The position numbers and the translations under genes were made by a program. From assembly GCA_002269645.1 (NCBI GenBank), contig NIVC01003655.1, positions 21,181 to 85,180 on the forward strand: DNA of 64,000 nucleotides, in the 5' to 3' direction. This DNA is from Macrostomum lignano. Its lineage: Eukaryota. Shown here piece after piece: positions 1-12,600 of this stretch. The notes under the pieces are model-generated. The model was not told the origin of the DNA. It did no database searches and saw only the letters and a program-made list of their open reading frames with translations. Numbering within the stretch: position 1 is the first letter of the stretch; every line of letters starts with the position of its first letter.

Positions 1-1125
1 ACTTTGTACGAGTCGGTGTTTTGGAGGTAATTTATATTTTAATGACGTTTGGATAACGTCAAACGTGCTTCGGGTTGGGGCGCTGAACTCTCATGGCCGC
101 CTAGCGGAGAGGGCATGCTTGAGCAGCTAGCGCTGAGGCCATGAAGGAGTTGGAGCGCTGATCGGACCGAGGCTGCAGCAGAGCTGTCGCTGCATCTCCC
201 TGTCTGACCGGCTGCTTCGTGTCGATGTCCGCGGCTTCGAGGCGGAACGCTCGCCTAGCTGTTCTGCGCGTACGCACCTCCTGCCACGCGACCTGACGGG
301 GCTCAAGTCTTCTTCAAGCGCTCTCGGCGCAGGTGGAGACGGCGTAGCGTGACACAGGTCGTCCTCGAAGACCTGAACGCGATTTTGCCTAGGTCCGAGC
401 GGTCGCTGTTTGTGACACCGCGCGAGAACGGCAACACCGGAAGCGCTGGAGGACTTCCTGGAGAGGCATGACAGTGTCGGCAGGCTCGCGAACTTGTAGG
501 GCTGTAAGCGGAGGCGGAGGAATGCACGCGGCCGGGATGCGACACGGAGCCAGGCACAGCTCGATCACGTGCTTGTGCGTCTTCGTGAGCGCCGCCGCGC
601 CGTCAACTGCCGCACCATCACGCCGCTGTTCATCCGACCATCGGCTTTTCATCTGCGACCTGCGTCTACGCAATCCGCTTTACCGTCCGCCGAAGCGGCC
701 AACGCGGAGCTTCTATCGTGCACTCAAGGACACCCAGGTGCGTCGCCATTTCGTCAGCGCCTTCTTCAGCGCGCTTTGCAACAAGTGCGGGCGCGTTGAG
801 TATACGGAGGTAAGTGCCGCAGTTAGAGCAAGCAATCCCGATGATGCAATCGGCCCAACAAAGGCAGCCGGTCTGGCAGGATAACCCTGCGATGCAAGCG
901 AGGGCAAAGCTGGAGAGGCTCCGTCTCAGCAGGCGGCCAACCCGCGAGGCGGAGGCTCTGGCAGCTGTCTATCTGCAGCGGCAACAGGCCGCTGTTGACG
1001 ATGCTATCCAGGCCGTCACCGACGCTGGACCCGACGCCAAATGGTGCAGGGCCTGGTCCGCCATCAACGCTCTGACGGGCGGAAGCGGCGCATTTCGCTC
1101 AACCTGGCTGGCGACAAATCCAGGT
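1..1125 (+). mobile_element. Degenerate non-LTR retrotransposon fragment: APE endonuclease plus EN-RT linker
   Basis: Across shifting + frames: CAYAPP (~265), VVLEDLNA (~358, GDLNA-like), DHVLV (~565), SDHRLFICDLRLR (~635), then linker ending AWSAINALTG (~1050-1080). Frameshifted; the 5' boundary may lie outside the window. Confidence 0.7.
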
Positions 1126-1249
1126 GAGCGCAGAAATGAGTTGGTTGCTTGTAGCGGTAAGTACAGCATTCCTGTGAAATATGAGCCAGACTAGGCCTAC
1201 GAGCTGCAGTCTGCGATGTTTCACACCAGCTCAACCTCTTTTAGAACAG

Positions 1250-3560
1250 GCATGGCTGGAGATTTAAGCTCCATGCTGCCCTACTAGCCGACCCAGGGGT
1301 ACACGTCCCACTAGGGCCACATGGACAGACTGGGTAGCGCCGGTCACCCTTCCGGAGCATTGGCCTTTGGCCTTAGTTTTTAAGGGTACGGATTTATCCC
1401 GGTACACTTACCTGTGCGTAACCACCCTCACCTCCCTCGTGGACTACTGCTCTAACCGTATAGGTTTGAGCTGCTGGTGGCGGGCGACATCAACGCCCCA
1501 ACACTCACTGGGGCAGTAATACTTCCAACAGCAGAGGCCGAGGAACTCATTGCTTACCACTGCACCACCAATACTGAGTTTTTTAACATTGGTGTGTAAT
1601 AGCTCACGCGAACTCCACTGGTTACGAGCTAAGTAAGTTAGAACTTTACGAGAAAGCTTGAGTGACTGCTAGTCAGCGCACGCGTATATTTATTTAATAG
1701 GTACGACGTAGATTAAAGTACACGATACACGTACACGCGAGGATAAGCAATCAATGAGGTGCACACTTAAGAAATAACCAATGTGCCCACGCAACCCTAC
1801 GCCCAAGCAACCCCAAGAACGCCCAAGATCAGTCCAGTGGCACTTTGGTTGTGGAACCCCCATCTTCGACAACGGGCGATGGACGGAGACCCGTGACATA
1901 ACGATCCCACGGTTTGGCTCCTCTGGTCAAGGACTGGGGGTGTGGGACGAAGAGGAGTCTCTGTCTGACCATCGCTTCGTTAGTTTTCAGTTGCCATCCT
2001 CTTGCCCAAAGCCTAGCATCCTGTGGAAAAGGAACATCTGGAACTCTGACTGGACGGCTTTCACGGAAACCCTGAAATGCCAGACAGATCAGCTGACCAC
2101 CGTCGTTCCTACCACCTAGCTGTCAGGAAGTAGATGACCTTGCAGACTTGCTCAGCAAGACCGTCCTGACGGCCCACGAAGCCTTAAATCAAGGCCTAAA
2201 AAAGCAATAAATCCGCTCTTGGTGGCACCCGGCGCTTGGATACCTCCGGCGCAAGGCAAAGTGCCTCCAATGGAAAGCTCGCAAGAACAAGGACCCAGCT
2301 GACCTGGCCGTTTATCAGGACGCGATTCGCGACTTTGAGCGTTAAACCAGAAAAGCCAAGTCCGACAAATAGCGCCAATGCGCGGAGTTAGAAGGCACCC
2401 GCCCTACTTCACGCGTGTTCAAGGCTCTCACCCTCGAAAAAATTTCAAAGCTCTCAGTCATTTAAAAGACCGGACGGCCGGCTCGCTGAGAACCCCGGGG
2501 AATCGCTGGACATCATGCTTACCAGCTCTTTCCCACGTGCCGCACCACAGCTAAGCCCACCGGACCACTCTCCAGGCGCACAGATCTTGGCTTCGACCAT
2601 CATTACCAGAGAGAGGATTGCTCACGCCGCAAAATCCTTCTTTCCTTTCAAGTCACCGGGACCTGAACATTTATCCTGGCTTCTTGCATGAGGCAGTTAA
2701 AACTGACAGGTTTTAGACCACCTCTGCAACCTCTTCAAGGCCAGCATTACGAGTACTGGAATTCCGGGGCACGCACGAGAACCTTACCTGCTGGATAATG
2801 TACATGCTCTCCTATCGTACTGCCACCTTGAACCTCCTGAAACACTCCCGCTCTGTGGAGGTCCAGAAGGTGAACCGCAAAGTGGAGTCCTCAGCCCGAT
2901 TCTCTGGAACTTAATGGTCATGGACCAAGTTTGCAGCCCGCACCCGAACCCGGTTCAGAAGGTCGGTTACTCGAACGATGTTACCGCCACTGTGGCTGGA
3001 CCATCACCCGCGGTCCTCAGGGACCTCCTCCAAGCCTTCATCCACCGTGCCGAGCGCTGGGCACAAAGCTGCGGTCTCAGGTTCTCTGAGTCTAAAACCG
3101 TGGCTATCATGTTCACCAGCCGCCGAAATTGGAGGATCGAATCGCTCTCCCTCTATGGCAAACCCGTTGCCATGGAGAAACAAACCAGATGTCTGGGCGT
3201 CCCCCCTCGACCACAGGTTGAGTTGAGCCCCACACGTCCAAACCAAAGCCCTCAAAGCTCTCGCGACTCTCGCGCAGATCTGCAGAGCTTTCGGCGCTAC
3301 CCCCGCCGCCTCTGGTGGATTTACACTGCCATCGTGAGACCGGCCATCTCCTTCGCCGGCTTCATTTGGAACAGTGCCCTAAAGGTGGAGGGGTTTTTGA
3401 TGCTCTTAACAGGATGCAAGGCCGCGCTTGTCGAGCTATCATGAGCACGACCCCGTCTACGCCCTTTGCTAGCATGAAATCCTTCCTGGACCTTCCCAAC
3501 CTTAAGCTCTTTGTCAGAGGGGAGGCAATGAAGACCACCCGCCATCTGCTTGTCATCTGA
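1250..3560 (+). mobile_element. Degenerate non-LTR retrotransposon (R1/LOA-like) with EN and RT remnants
   Basis: EN motifs ELLVAGDINA (~1468) and EESLSDHRFVSF (~1950); RT motifs PQSGVLSPILWNLMVMD (~2877-2925), YSNDV (degenerate YADD, ~2968), GLRFSESKTVAIMF and LWWIYTAIVRPAISF. Multiple stops and frameshifts. Confidence 0.8.
1594..1844. mobile_element. ~250-bp solo-LTR-like insertion in the non-LTR endonuclease
   Basis: Flanked by TTGGT (1589-1593, 1845-1849). Removal restores the frame FFNIG-CGTPIF. Ends are near TGTAATA...TGGCA; AATAAA-like signal on the minus strand at ~1688-1693. Confidence 0.5.
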
Positions 3561-5262
3561 ATCACTTCGCCTTCAGAAAGCGGAACCTCTCGGACGGAAT
3601 CCCGTCCACGCTCTGCCCTCCGACAAATTCAAAACCAGCATTTCACCACGTCATGAGGCAAGAGACAACTGGAAACGAAGGAATACGAAGAAATGGATTA
3701 TACATGCAATAATAAAAGCAATTAACGCAATTTGCATGTATTGAAACGGTGAGTAAAAAAATATTTGCCCTGCCTCATTGCATGCGGCCCTGCTACTGAA
3801 ATTAAAAAATATAAGAGCATTTTTTTAATATTCTTGTTCGTAACCTGAAAGGCGAAAAACGTATTTCAGACATTTTTATTGTTCTTCTATAATTTCGGGG
3901 TTCACAAGTCTAATAGTGCAAAAGAAAACAAAACAATATCCATGCTGATAGTCTCGCAAGAACCACTGTGCAGTCTCAGAGAGTCTGCTGTGGTCTCAAG
4001 TTTAGTCTCAAATTCAAGCTTCACACCAATAGAAACCGAGAACTCAAAAACATACCGCATTGTACTCATATAATCGAAACCAGAACAACAGTAAATCTAC
4101 CAACGGTCAACTGTTGTAGGCGTTAAGTTGAGTGCCAACCTGCAAGTCTAGCTAAGTATAGCCAGTCATGGGTGAACAGCAAGCGCCGCCAAGTCAGGTG
4201 GTCCAACTTCCGCCACTCTCAGACGTGCCGGTCGACCTTCTGCCTCTATCAGGGGCGTATGCTTCGCTAAAATCCCGCGTTGAATTCCACATTGAATCGG
4301 GCTTAAGAACTCAAGTTGAGTTTAGTGCGGGAAATCCCGCATTGAATCCCGCATTGAATTCTGCGTTGAATGGGCTTTAGAATAAAAATGATTACTATTA
4401 AAGAAAGTAAAAAAGGATACAGTTAAGTTTGTTTAGAATGTATAATACGTTAATGCTTCGATTAGTTTTACGCGGAAAATTCCGCACTGAATCCCGCATT
4501 TAACTCGGCTGTTGGGTTCACCGGATTTTTAACTTTATTTTTAAGGTTTGGAAATATATATAAACGATAGCGCAAGTAAAACTAGAGATGCGCCTAGATT
4601 TTTGGTTCTGCGCGTTAGTATCTAACTTCTAAGCCGGTTAATTCAGTAGTTAGTTTATGTGTATATGATTTCTGACAATTAAAAAAAGTTTAAAATATAA
4701 TTATATGATTTCTGACAATTAAAAAACAATTTAGAATATAATTATATAATTAACTTGAATTAGCCTAAAAACTCCTTTTAGTTTAGTTCACCAAGGCTAA
4801 TTTATTGCTATTAAGCTAATAATAAAGTCTTAACAATCAGTTTAAGATAATTACTGAACTTAATATCATGTGTCCAACCAAAGATGTTAAAACTTGTAAA
4901 ACTAATTTATTAATAATGTAATCACTTAGATAAGACAAACTAAATTGATATACATATTGCATACATAAGGTTAGGCCTAAATATCTAGAAAAGGAGCTGG
5001 TTGGATTAGGATAGACTAGGCTTATACTTAGGGGCATTGGGGTATTAGAATAAGAGAGATAGGGGTTAGCATATTTATAATTTTCTAAGCCAATAACGTT
5101 TTATATATAAATCTTATAAGCCTAGCCATTATATTTTTATTGTACTATTAATTAAGGCTAGGCCTATATCTATATTTATTTAGATTTAGGTCTATGCTAT
5201 ATTGAAAGTATATTTTAAAGATAAACTTAATATCTTTTGAAATTCTATATATTATACATCTA

Positions 5263-6243
5263 TCCAGTGCATTAGACAGTTCTTGCAGTTTTACTAATAC
5301 ATCTTGCAAAGCAGCTTAGCTGCAGCTCAGCATATTTTCACTTATTGAAATAGTCGCCACCAGAATCCACAACCTTCTGCCACCTTTCGGCTTTCTAAAA
5401 GAAGATGTATGCCCTTCTTGTAGAATTCAGCAATCTTTGAGTCAAAGAAGTTCGTGATATTTAGCTTTAGCTCTTTGTCGCTAGCAAATTTCTTCTTGGC
5501 CAAAAAGTTGGCCAATAGAAGAAATAGATGGTAGTCACATGGGGAGATGCCTAGACTATACGGTGGATGCGGCAGAATATCTCAGCTGAGATTTGTTAGC
5601 ATTTGACATGTGCAAATAGCCATATGTGGCCTTGCATTATCTTGAAAGAGTAGAACACCTTTGTGGTTGACAAGAGATGACTGCTTCTACTGCAGTTTCT
5701 CATGTACAGTGCATAGCTAGCTGCTGTAGTGGTCAGCTATGATGGTTTGCTTGCGTGGAAGGAAGTTTATATAGCATGCCACATGTTGTCTACCACATGG
5801 TCATCAAGATCTTCTTCGGGTGCAGTTCCTGCTTTGCTGACTGTCCAACCGCTTTACCTAGGCGTGACCACTCAGCAGAGCAATGTGTGTTGTCATGGAG
5901 CACCCATTTTTCATAGCAGGTGACAATCCTGTCAATGAAAGGATCATGTTTGTTCCAAAACAGCTGGCAGATTTCCACCCACTTCTGCTTGTTCTCTGGT
6001 GACAACTGATGTGGCACCCACTTGGTCAGCTTTTTGGTGAAGCCAGGGGTTTGCAAGTGATCGCAGACAGTTGATTCACTGCACCCAAGCTCAACTGCGA
6101 TGTTGGCGCATGATGTGGCTGGGTTGGCCGCAATCAGGTTGCACAGTGTCTGGTTTCTAAACGCAGCTGTTTGTCCAAGCAGCATACATTGATTTAAAAA
6201 AAAGGAATCTGTAAAAACTGCAAGAGATTTCTGGTGCACCAAA
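5263..6243 (-). mobile_element. Defective mariner (DD34D-type) transposon
   Basis: Minus-strand remnants: HTH (IAVELGCSESTV), WVPHQL, IVTCYEKW, LPHPPYSLGISPCDYHLF (~5520-5575). Imperfect ~35-bp TIRs (TCCAGTGCATTAGACAGTTCTTGCAGTTTT vs TTTGGTGCACCAGAAATCTCTTGCAGTTTT) with TA on both sides (5261-62, 6244-45). Stop at 5790; N-terminal HTH missing. Confidence 0.88.
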
Positions 6244-6652
6244 TATAAATGTGTACACTGTACACCTAGTTGCTAAGATAATTTATATATGAGTAGTAGT
6301 TGAATTCTCTATTTCTTCTAGTCAGCCATGGATTAAAATTTATCCTTTTTAGGCCTAGAATTGACTTCTTTATCCAAGTTGGAGTTGGCAGGTATATCTA
6401 GATCAAAATCAAAGCTTGTATTGCAATCAGAATCAAGACTAAGTCCAGCCTATACCTTGAAGCCAGTGGGGCCTATCTAAGAATAGGTATTTCCAAAGTC
6501 ATGGCTTCATAAATTTTTGATGATGTTTTGTGATTTAGATATATTTCATATTTTTATAAATTTATATATTACACGTTACATGCTTTCTGCATTTTGTTCA
6601 GACAAATTTGTGTAGTGATTTCTTTATTGACAAAAACTTTGCTATCTTGCTC

Positions 6653-9600
6653 ATGTCGTCTCCAGAAGCAGCCGGCTGCTTGCCATTCCTAAGCGTGCAC
6701 GATGCCGCTGGCCACGGTGGCCCATTCCTGCCCGGCTCTCCTGTGGCACTGCGCGCTCAGGAGCACGGCCAGAGTCACGTGGCCAGGCACCTGGGCGGCC
6801 GAGTCGGCCAGCTGCGCCGCCTGCTGGACCTGGACACCCGCTACCGGGTGGAGCTGGCCCACGGCTGCTACTCCTGGTTGGTGACCCGCAATCTGAACCA
6901 TTGGCGCCGGGTGTACCCGCTGCTGCGGGCTGCCCTCATCCTGCCCGATCGGCTGCGGCATCAGCACGAATTCTGCGAAGGCGAACAGCAGCCTCAGCAG
7001 ACGGGGCCGCCGCCGACTCCGCCCGCAACATCGCCGGCTGCAGATCGGCAGAACAGCAGCCATCAGGAGCCCGACAGTCGGCTGCAATCGTTCGAGGAGC
7101 AACTGCGCTGGGTGCTTGATCGGGTGCACTCTCTGCGGCACAGTTTGCACCTGTTGCGGTTTCTTGGCGTCTCCAGGCTGAGCTTTGTGCGTGGTCTGGA
7201 CAACTTGTCTGGCGGCGGCTCCTCGGTTTCGTTCATCAACATTGTCGAGGCGGAGGTTCGGGCAAGATTTGTACGCGGTGACAGCCTGGGCGACACCAGC
7301 TGCTCGGCCGACTGTCACCTGTACTGCGGCAGGTCTAAGCGACTGTGAGTTGCATCACTGTAGCCATGGTAACAGGAGAACCGCTTTTAACCTCGTCTGT
7401 GTCTTTCCACCGAGAATCACCCTCCAATCCCATGAAGAATCGCCCTCCAACCCCATAGAGAATCACCCTCCAATCCCATACAGAATCGCCCTCCAATCCC
7501 ATAAAGAATCGCCCTCCAACCCCATAGAGAATCACCCTCCAATCCCATACAGAATCGCCCTCCAATCCCATAAAGAATCGCCCTCCAACTCATACATGTA
7601 CAACCTCCAAAATTCGGTCGGCCCTGCGACTTAGTTTTAACAAAAATGCGACGTAGTTTTTGGCCAAAAATGCGACTTAAATGTAAAAAACCCTAAAGCA
7701 AAATTAACGCAACTTTGGGTAAACGGCAGGAGTAACAATTGACTGTCTTATTAAGCCGAAATGCCTCGTCAGCTACTTAGTACTACTACTTGGGTGTTTT
7801 TTCGGGTGGGCATTTTTGCGACTTCCTTGGTTGGCCGCCAAATCGATCGGCCGACTCGGCCGACTGTTGCGCATGTATGCTCCAACTCCATGCAGAATCG
7901 CCCTCCAATCCCATGAAGAATCGCCCTCCAACCCCATAGAGAATCGCCCTCCAACCCCATAGAGAATCGCCCTCCAACCCCATAAAGAATCGCCCTCCAA
8001 CCCCATAGAGAATCGCCCTCCAACCCCATAAAGAATCGCCCTCCAACCCCATAAAGAATCGCCCTCCAACCCCATAGAGAATCGCCCTCCAACCCCATAG
8101 AGAATCGCCCTCCAACCCCATAGAGAATCGCCCTCCAACCCCATAAAGAATCGCCATCCAACCCCATAAAGAATCGCCCTCCAACCCCATAGAGAATCGC
8201 CCTCCAACCCCATAAAGAATCGCCCTCCAACCCCATAGAGAATCGCCCTCCAACCCCATAGAGAATCGCCCTCCAACCCCATAGAGAATCGCCCTCCAAC
8301 CCCATAGAGAATCGCCCTCCAACCCCATAAAGAATCGCCATCCAACCCCATAAAGAATCGCCCTCCAACCCCATAAAGAATCGCCCTCCAACCCCACAAA
8401 GAATCGCCCTCCAACCCCAAAGAGAATCGCCCTCCAATCCCATAGAGAATCGCCCTCCAACCCCATAAAGAATCGCCCTCCAACCCCATAAAGAATCGCC
8501 CTCCAATCCCATAAAGAATCGCCCTCCAGCCCCATAAAGAATCGCCCCACCCACAATTCCAGCTGGATGGTGGTGAAGAGCCAGTGCATAATATTTCTGC
8601 AAGATAATCTATCCAGAGCTGTGGAAGTGTTTATGATTGACTCGTCAATGTCTGTTATAAAAGGCTTGGATCCGTCAGTTAGGCGCTACACCTGCGGCTT
8701 CGTGTTGCAGAACTCAAGCCTGTAAGTTTTATTAATTTGCTGTATTTGTCTTACTGAGTGCGCACTCGTTCTCCGGTACATGCATATTTATGCCAATGCT
8801 TTTTTTATCTATCTAGGCTCGTTTCCTCTGAGCCCTGCGAGCTATTCTCATTTCTCGCTACAGTCAGTTCTATTTTTAGAAAGTGGAATTCTCAGATATT
8901 AGCTTCAATCTTTCTGTCATTGCTTGGGACTGTCAACAATACGAGTAAATTTTTTTATTCTCTATAATTAAACAGTCTACTTATAGTAGACCAGACTGCT
9001 TGTTTTTGAAAATTTTACAAGCCTGTACTGTAATGTAAATGAAAATGAAAATCCTATGCAGCAGTTCAGAGTTACTAAACTCAAACACATTGACTGTCTC
9101 ACGGATACCTTGACTGTCTCACGGACACCTTGACTGTCTCACGGACACCTTGACTGTCTCACGGACGCCCCTCAGACAGCATAGACACCCCTTGATTGTC
9201 TCAGGGACACCCTCAGACAGCACAGACACCCCTTCAATGTCTCACGGACACCCCTCAGACAGCACAGAGACCCATTGACTGTCCCAGACACCCCGCACCC
9301 ACCCCAAATAAGGCTGGTGTCCCTGAGCTGCAACCACTGCGACTACGAGCGCCTGGCCGAGGCCCTGGACCGTCTTTGCTCCGAACAGCGCCAGAGGCGC
9401 CTTGCCGACACAACAGCCAAGCAGCTGTGCGCCTGGGCGCCATCGCGCCGACCCTGCCGCGCCAAATGGTACGCCGACGGCGCCGCTTATTTCGCCGACG
9501 TCTACGAAGCTTTGGAAGCGGCCAGACAGGAGATTTTCATCTGCGATTGGTGGCTGACCCCCGAGCTGCATTTGAAGCGGCCGGACCCGGAGGACCGGCA

Positions 9601-12600
9601 CCAGCTCATGAATGTGCTGCAGAGGCGGGCAGACGCTGGGGTCAAGATTTTCATCCTCATTTACAAGGAACTGCGATTCGCTGTCAACACTGACAGCTGG
9701 TAGGTTGCTGAGCTGACTTTCATGCTAGACTATCTTAAGGGGTCAGGACAGGTCAAGTGACCCCAGCTAAGACCTTAAGACTTGCCTTTTCAAAAACAGC
9801 CCAATTTTGATGTTAGACAATCCGAGGGGGTCAAGTGACCCCAGACAAGACTCTTGGACGTATAGTCACTGACGAGCCGGCTTTAATGCTGAGCAATCCG
9901 AAAGGGAGGTCAAATGACCCCAGCTAAGACCATGGGACTCGCCTTTTAAAAAACAGCCTAATTTTGATGCTTGCCATTCCTAAGGGGTCAAGTGACTCCC
10001 GCAAAGACTGTTGAATGGATTGTTACTGACAAGCCGGCTTTAATGCTACGTAATCTTGGGGGGGGGGTCAAGTGACCTCAGTGACATCAGCTAAGACCGT
10101 GGGACTCCTTTTGTCACAAAGCAGACGAATTTAGTTGCTAGCCAATCTGACAGGAGGTCAACTGACCCCACGGCCAGTATTTCCCCTCGCGCAGATTTAG
10201 TGCTGCAGAGTCTCCAATCACTAATTAAATTAATTGGCAACTCAGGTACGCCAAGATGATGCTGAAAGCCCGCTGTCCCAAGCGCAACATCTACATACTG
10301 CGCCACCCGAACCACCTGTTCAACGCCGACCTATTGTGGACGCACCACGAGAAGCTGCTAATTGTCGATCAGCGCCTGGCCTTCTTTGGCGGCATCGACC
10401 TGTGCTGGGGCCGCTGGGACACTCAGCGACACCCCCTGACCGACCAAGGCGACGCTGATTGGCCATCCGACTGTCGGCCAATCGGCGACGTTGACGCTTT
10501 CAACGCCGCTTTCCCCGGCCGAGCCGTTGGTTCCGGCGCTGCCGCAGGGGCGGCTTTCACGACGGCAGAAACGTCGAAAGATTTCGCCGACGTCAGCGAG
10601 ACTCTAGACACGGTGGACTTCAACGACACCGGCGCTGCGTGGCACGCCACCCCGGACTCGGCCATTGTTGTCGAATCGCTGGACGATTCGTCGTCCTCTG
10701 GCGCCGGCAAGACGAAGCGACGTGGACTGATGCGATTTCTGTCCGTTGGGCCGCGGCAGGATCTGGGAATTCTGTTGCAGCAGCAGCAGCATCAGATGGC
10801 CGCGTCAATGGCGGCCGCATCTTCAGCTAGTGAAGGTGCGCCTTTGGACTTTCATGCGGTTGTCATTTTCCATGTTTGATTCTTAACATCTGAGCTAACA
10901 GTTTTAATACAAGCCTTTCATGATCTTAGTTTTATCCACCGACCCATCCCTGCTGGTCTGTCAGTGCCCTCCCTGCTGGTCCATCAGTGCCCTACCTGCT
11001 AGTCCTTCAGTGCCCTCCCTGCTAGTCCTTCAGTGCCCTCCCTGCTAGTCCTTCAGTGCCCTCCCTGCTAGTCCATCAGTGCCCTCCCTGCTGGTCCATC
11101 AGTGCCCTCCCTGCTAGTCCTTCAGTGCCCTCCCTGCTAGTCCTTCAGTGCCCTACCTGCTAGTCCATCAGTGCCCTCCCTGCTAGTCCTTCAGTGCCCT
11201 CCCTGCTAGTCCATCAGTGCCCTCCCTGCTGGTCCTTCAGTGCCCTCCCTGCTGGTCCGACCTTGAGCATATTAGCCTCCTCGCTCGCTAAGCGACTAAC
11301 ACATTGCACAGCGCACGACCCGCATTGGCCTCCCGCGCACTCTAACGCACTCTCACTCTCTCCGTTTCTCTCACCGTCTGGCTGGCGCCGCTACGCAGGA
11401 AAGCCGCACAAATTACGCCGCTTTCACACCATTGAAGCGCACGGCAACGGCAGCCGGTCAGCTGGCGGCGCCGCCGAAGCCGCTGCCGCCGCTTCCGGCA
11501 TCGTCGACGATTCGGCGGTCGAGTATCAGGCCGGCCGGCAGCCTCGCTGGCACGTGATGGACGACGGCCAGCTGCAAGTCCGACGACTCGAGGCTCGCCG
11601 GGTTAGCAACCTTTGGCGCGGCGCAATCGAGCGGATGCGCATCGCTCGCGGCGTCCGCGGCCAGCTCAGGCGGTCGGCTGCCGCAGGCGGCGATCAGGGA
11701 GGCTTCGAAAACAGCGAGGATTTTGTGGATTCGCGGTAGGTTACCTTCTGTGTTCATTTGATGTACATTTAGTGCTCATTTGATGTACATTTAGTGCTCA
11801 TTTGATGTACATTCTGTGTACATTGATGTTCATTTGGTGTGCATTTGGTGTACATTTGGTGTTCATTTGGTGTACATTCAATGTACATTCAATGTACATT
11901 CAGTGTACATTCAGTGTACTCTCTGTGTACAATTAGATGTAACAATCTATTCGAAGTACCCTTCATGTAAATTGTCTTTAATTGTTTTATCCTCTAACCG
12001 CAGGCCCCCAGAGCTCGCGGTTGAGGCGCGCAACATTCAGCTGTGGAAGGGCCTTGACTATGTCAATTGGGTCATTAAAGAGCCATTCAACTTGCACCAG
12101 CCAAATAGAGGTGAGTCTGGGGATTAAGGTTATTGAGCTAGCTTCGCTAAACAAGAAGTAGGATTCTACCAATCTCTCCTGCGTGTTTTTCTAACCACTG
12201 CCTAAATTTATACCTGCTACTTTCTATTCTACCCGCTTTTATCTATTAATGTATTAAGCAAATTCAATGAATTACTCACCTACTAATCCACCAACTAGCC
12301 TACCTACCTACCTACCTACCTACCTGACTATCTACCTACCAACTTACCTACCTACTAAACCCATCTGTCGACTGACTGCATGGCTACCTACGGGGCCGTA
12401 GCCCAGTGGTTTAGCGGGGCGCTCTCATGTGCCAGCGACCCAGGCTCGATTCCAAGTGCAGTTTCATTAATTTGTGGCTAAATTGGAATCTCGACTTGGC
12501 TCTGCTCGAGCAGTTATTGCCCTTGAGGGCCAACCCCTGAGTGTACATGCCTAACGATAAATAAATTTGGGGCCGCTGTATACTCTTGTATGAGTGTGTG

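Noticed and set aside
4270-4520. Repeated AATCCCGCATTG-like words
   Set aside because: Few, degenerate copies with no boundaries, TIRs or coding link identifiable.
6689-7318. Antisense ORFs over GC-rich exons (also 14707-15696, 23740-24249, 28641-29114, 52942-53676)
   Set aside because: These are shadows of GC-rich coding exons with no recognisable motifs.
12392-12465. tRNA gene (also 31737-31810)
   Set aside because: A/B-like boxes are present but the acceptor and T stems do not close properly, and the homology continues ~250 bp downstream in both copies, as expected for a SINE head.
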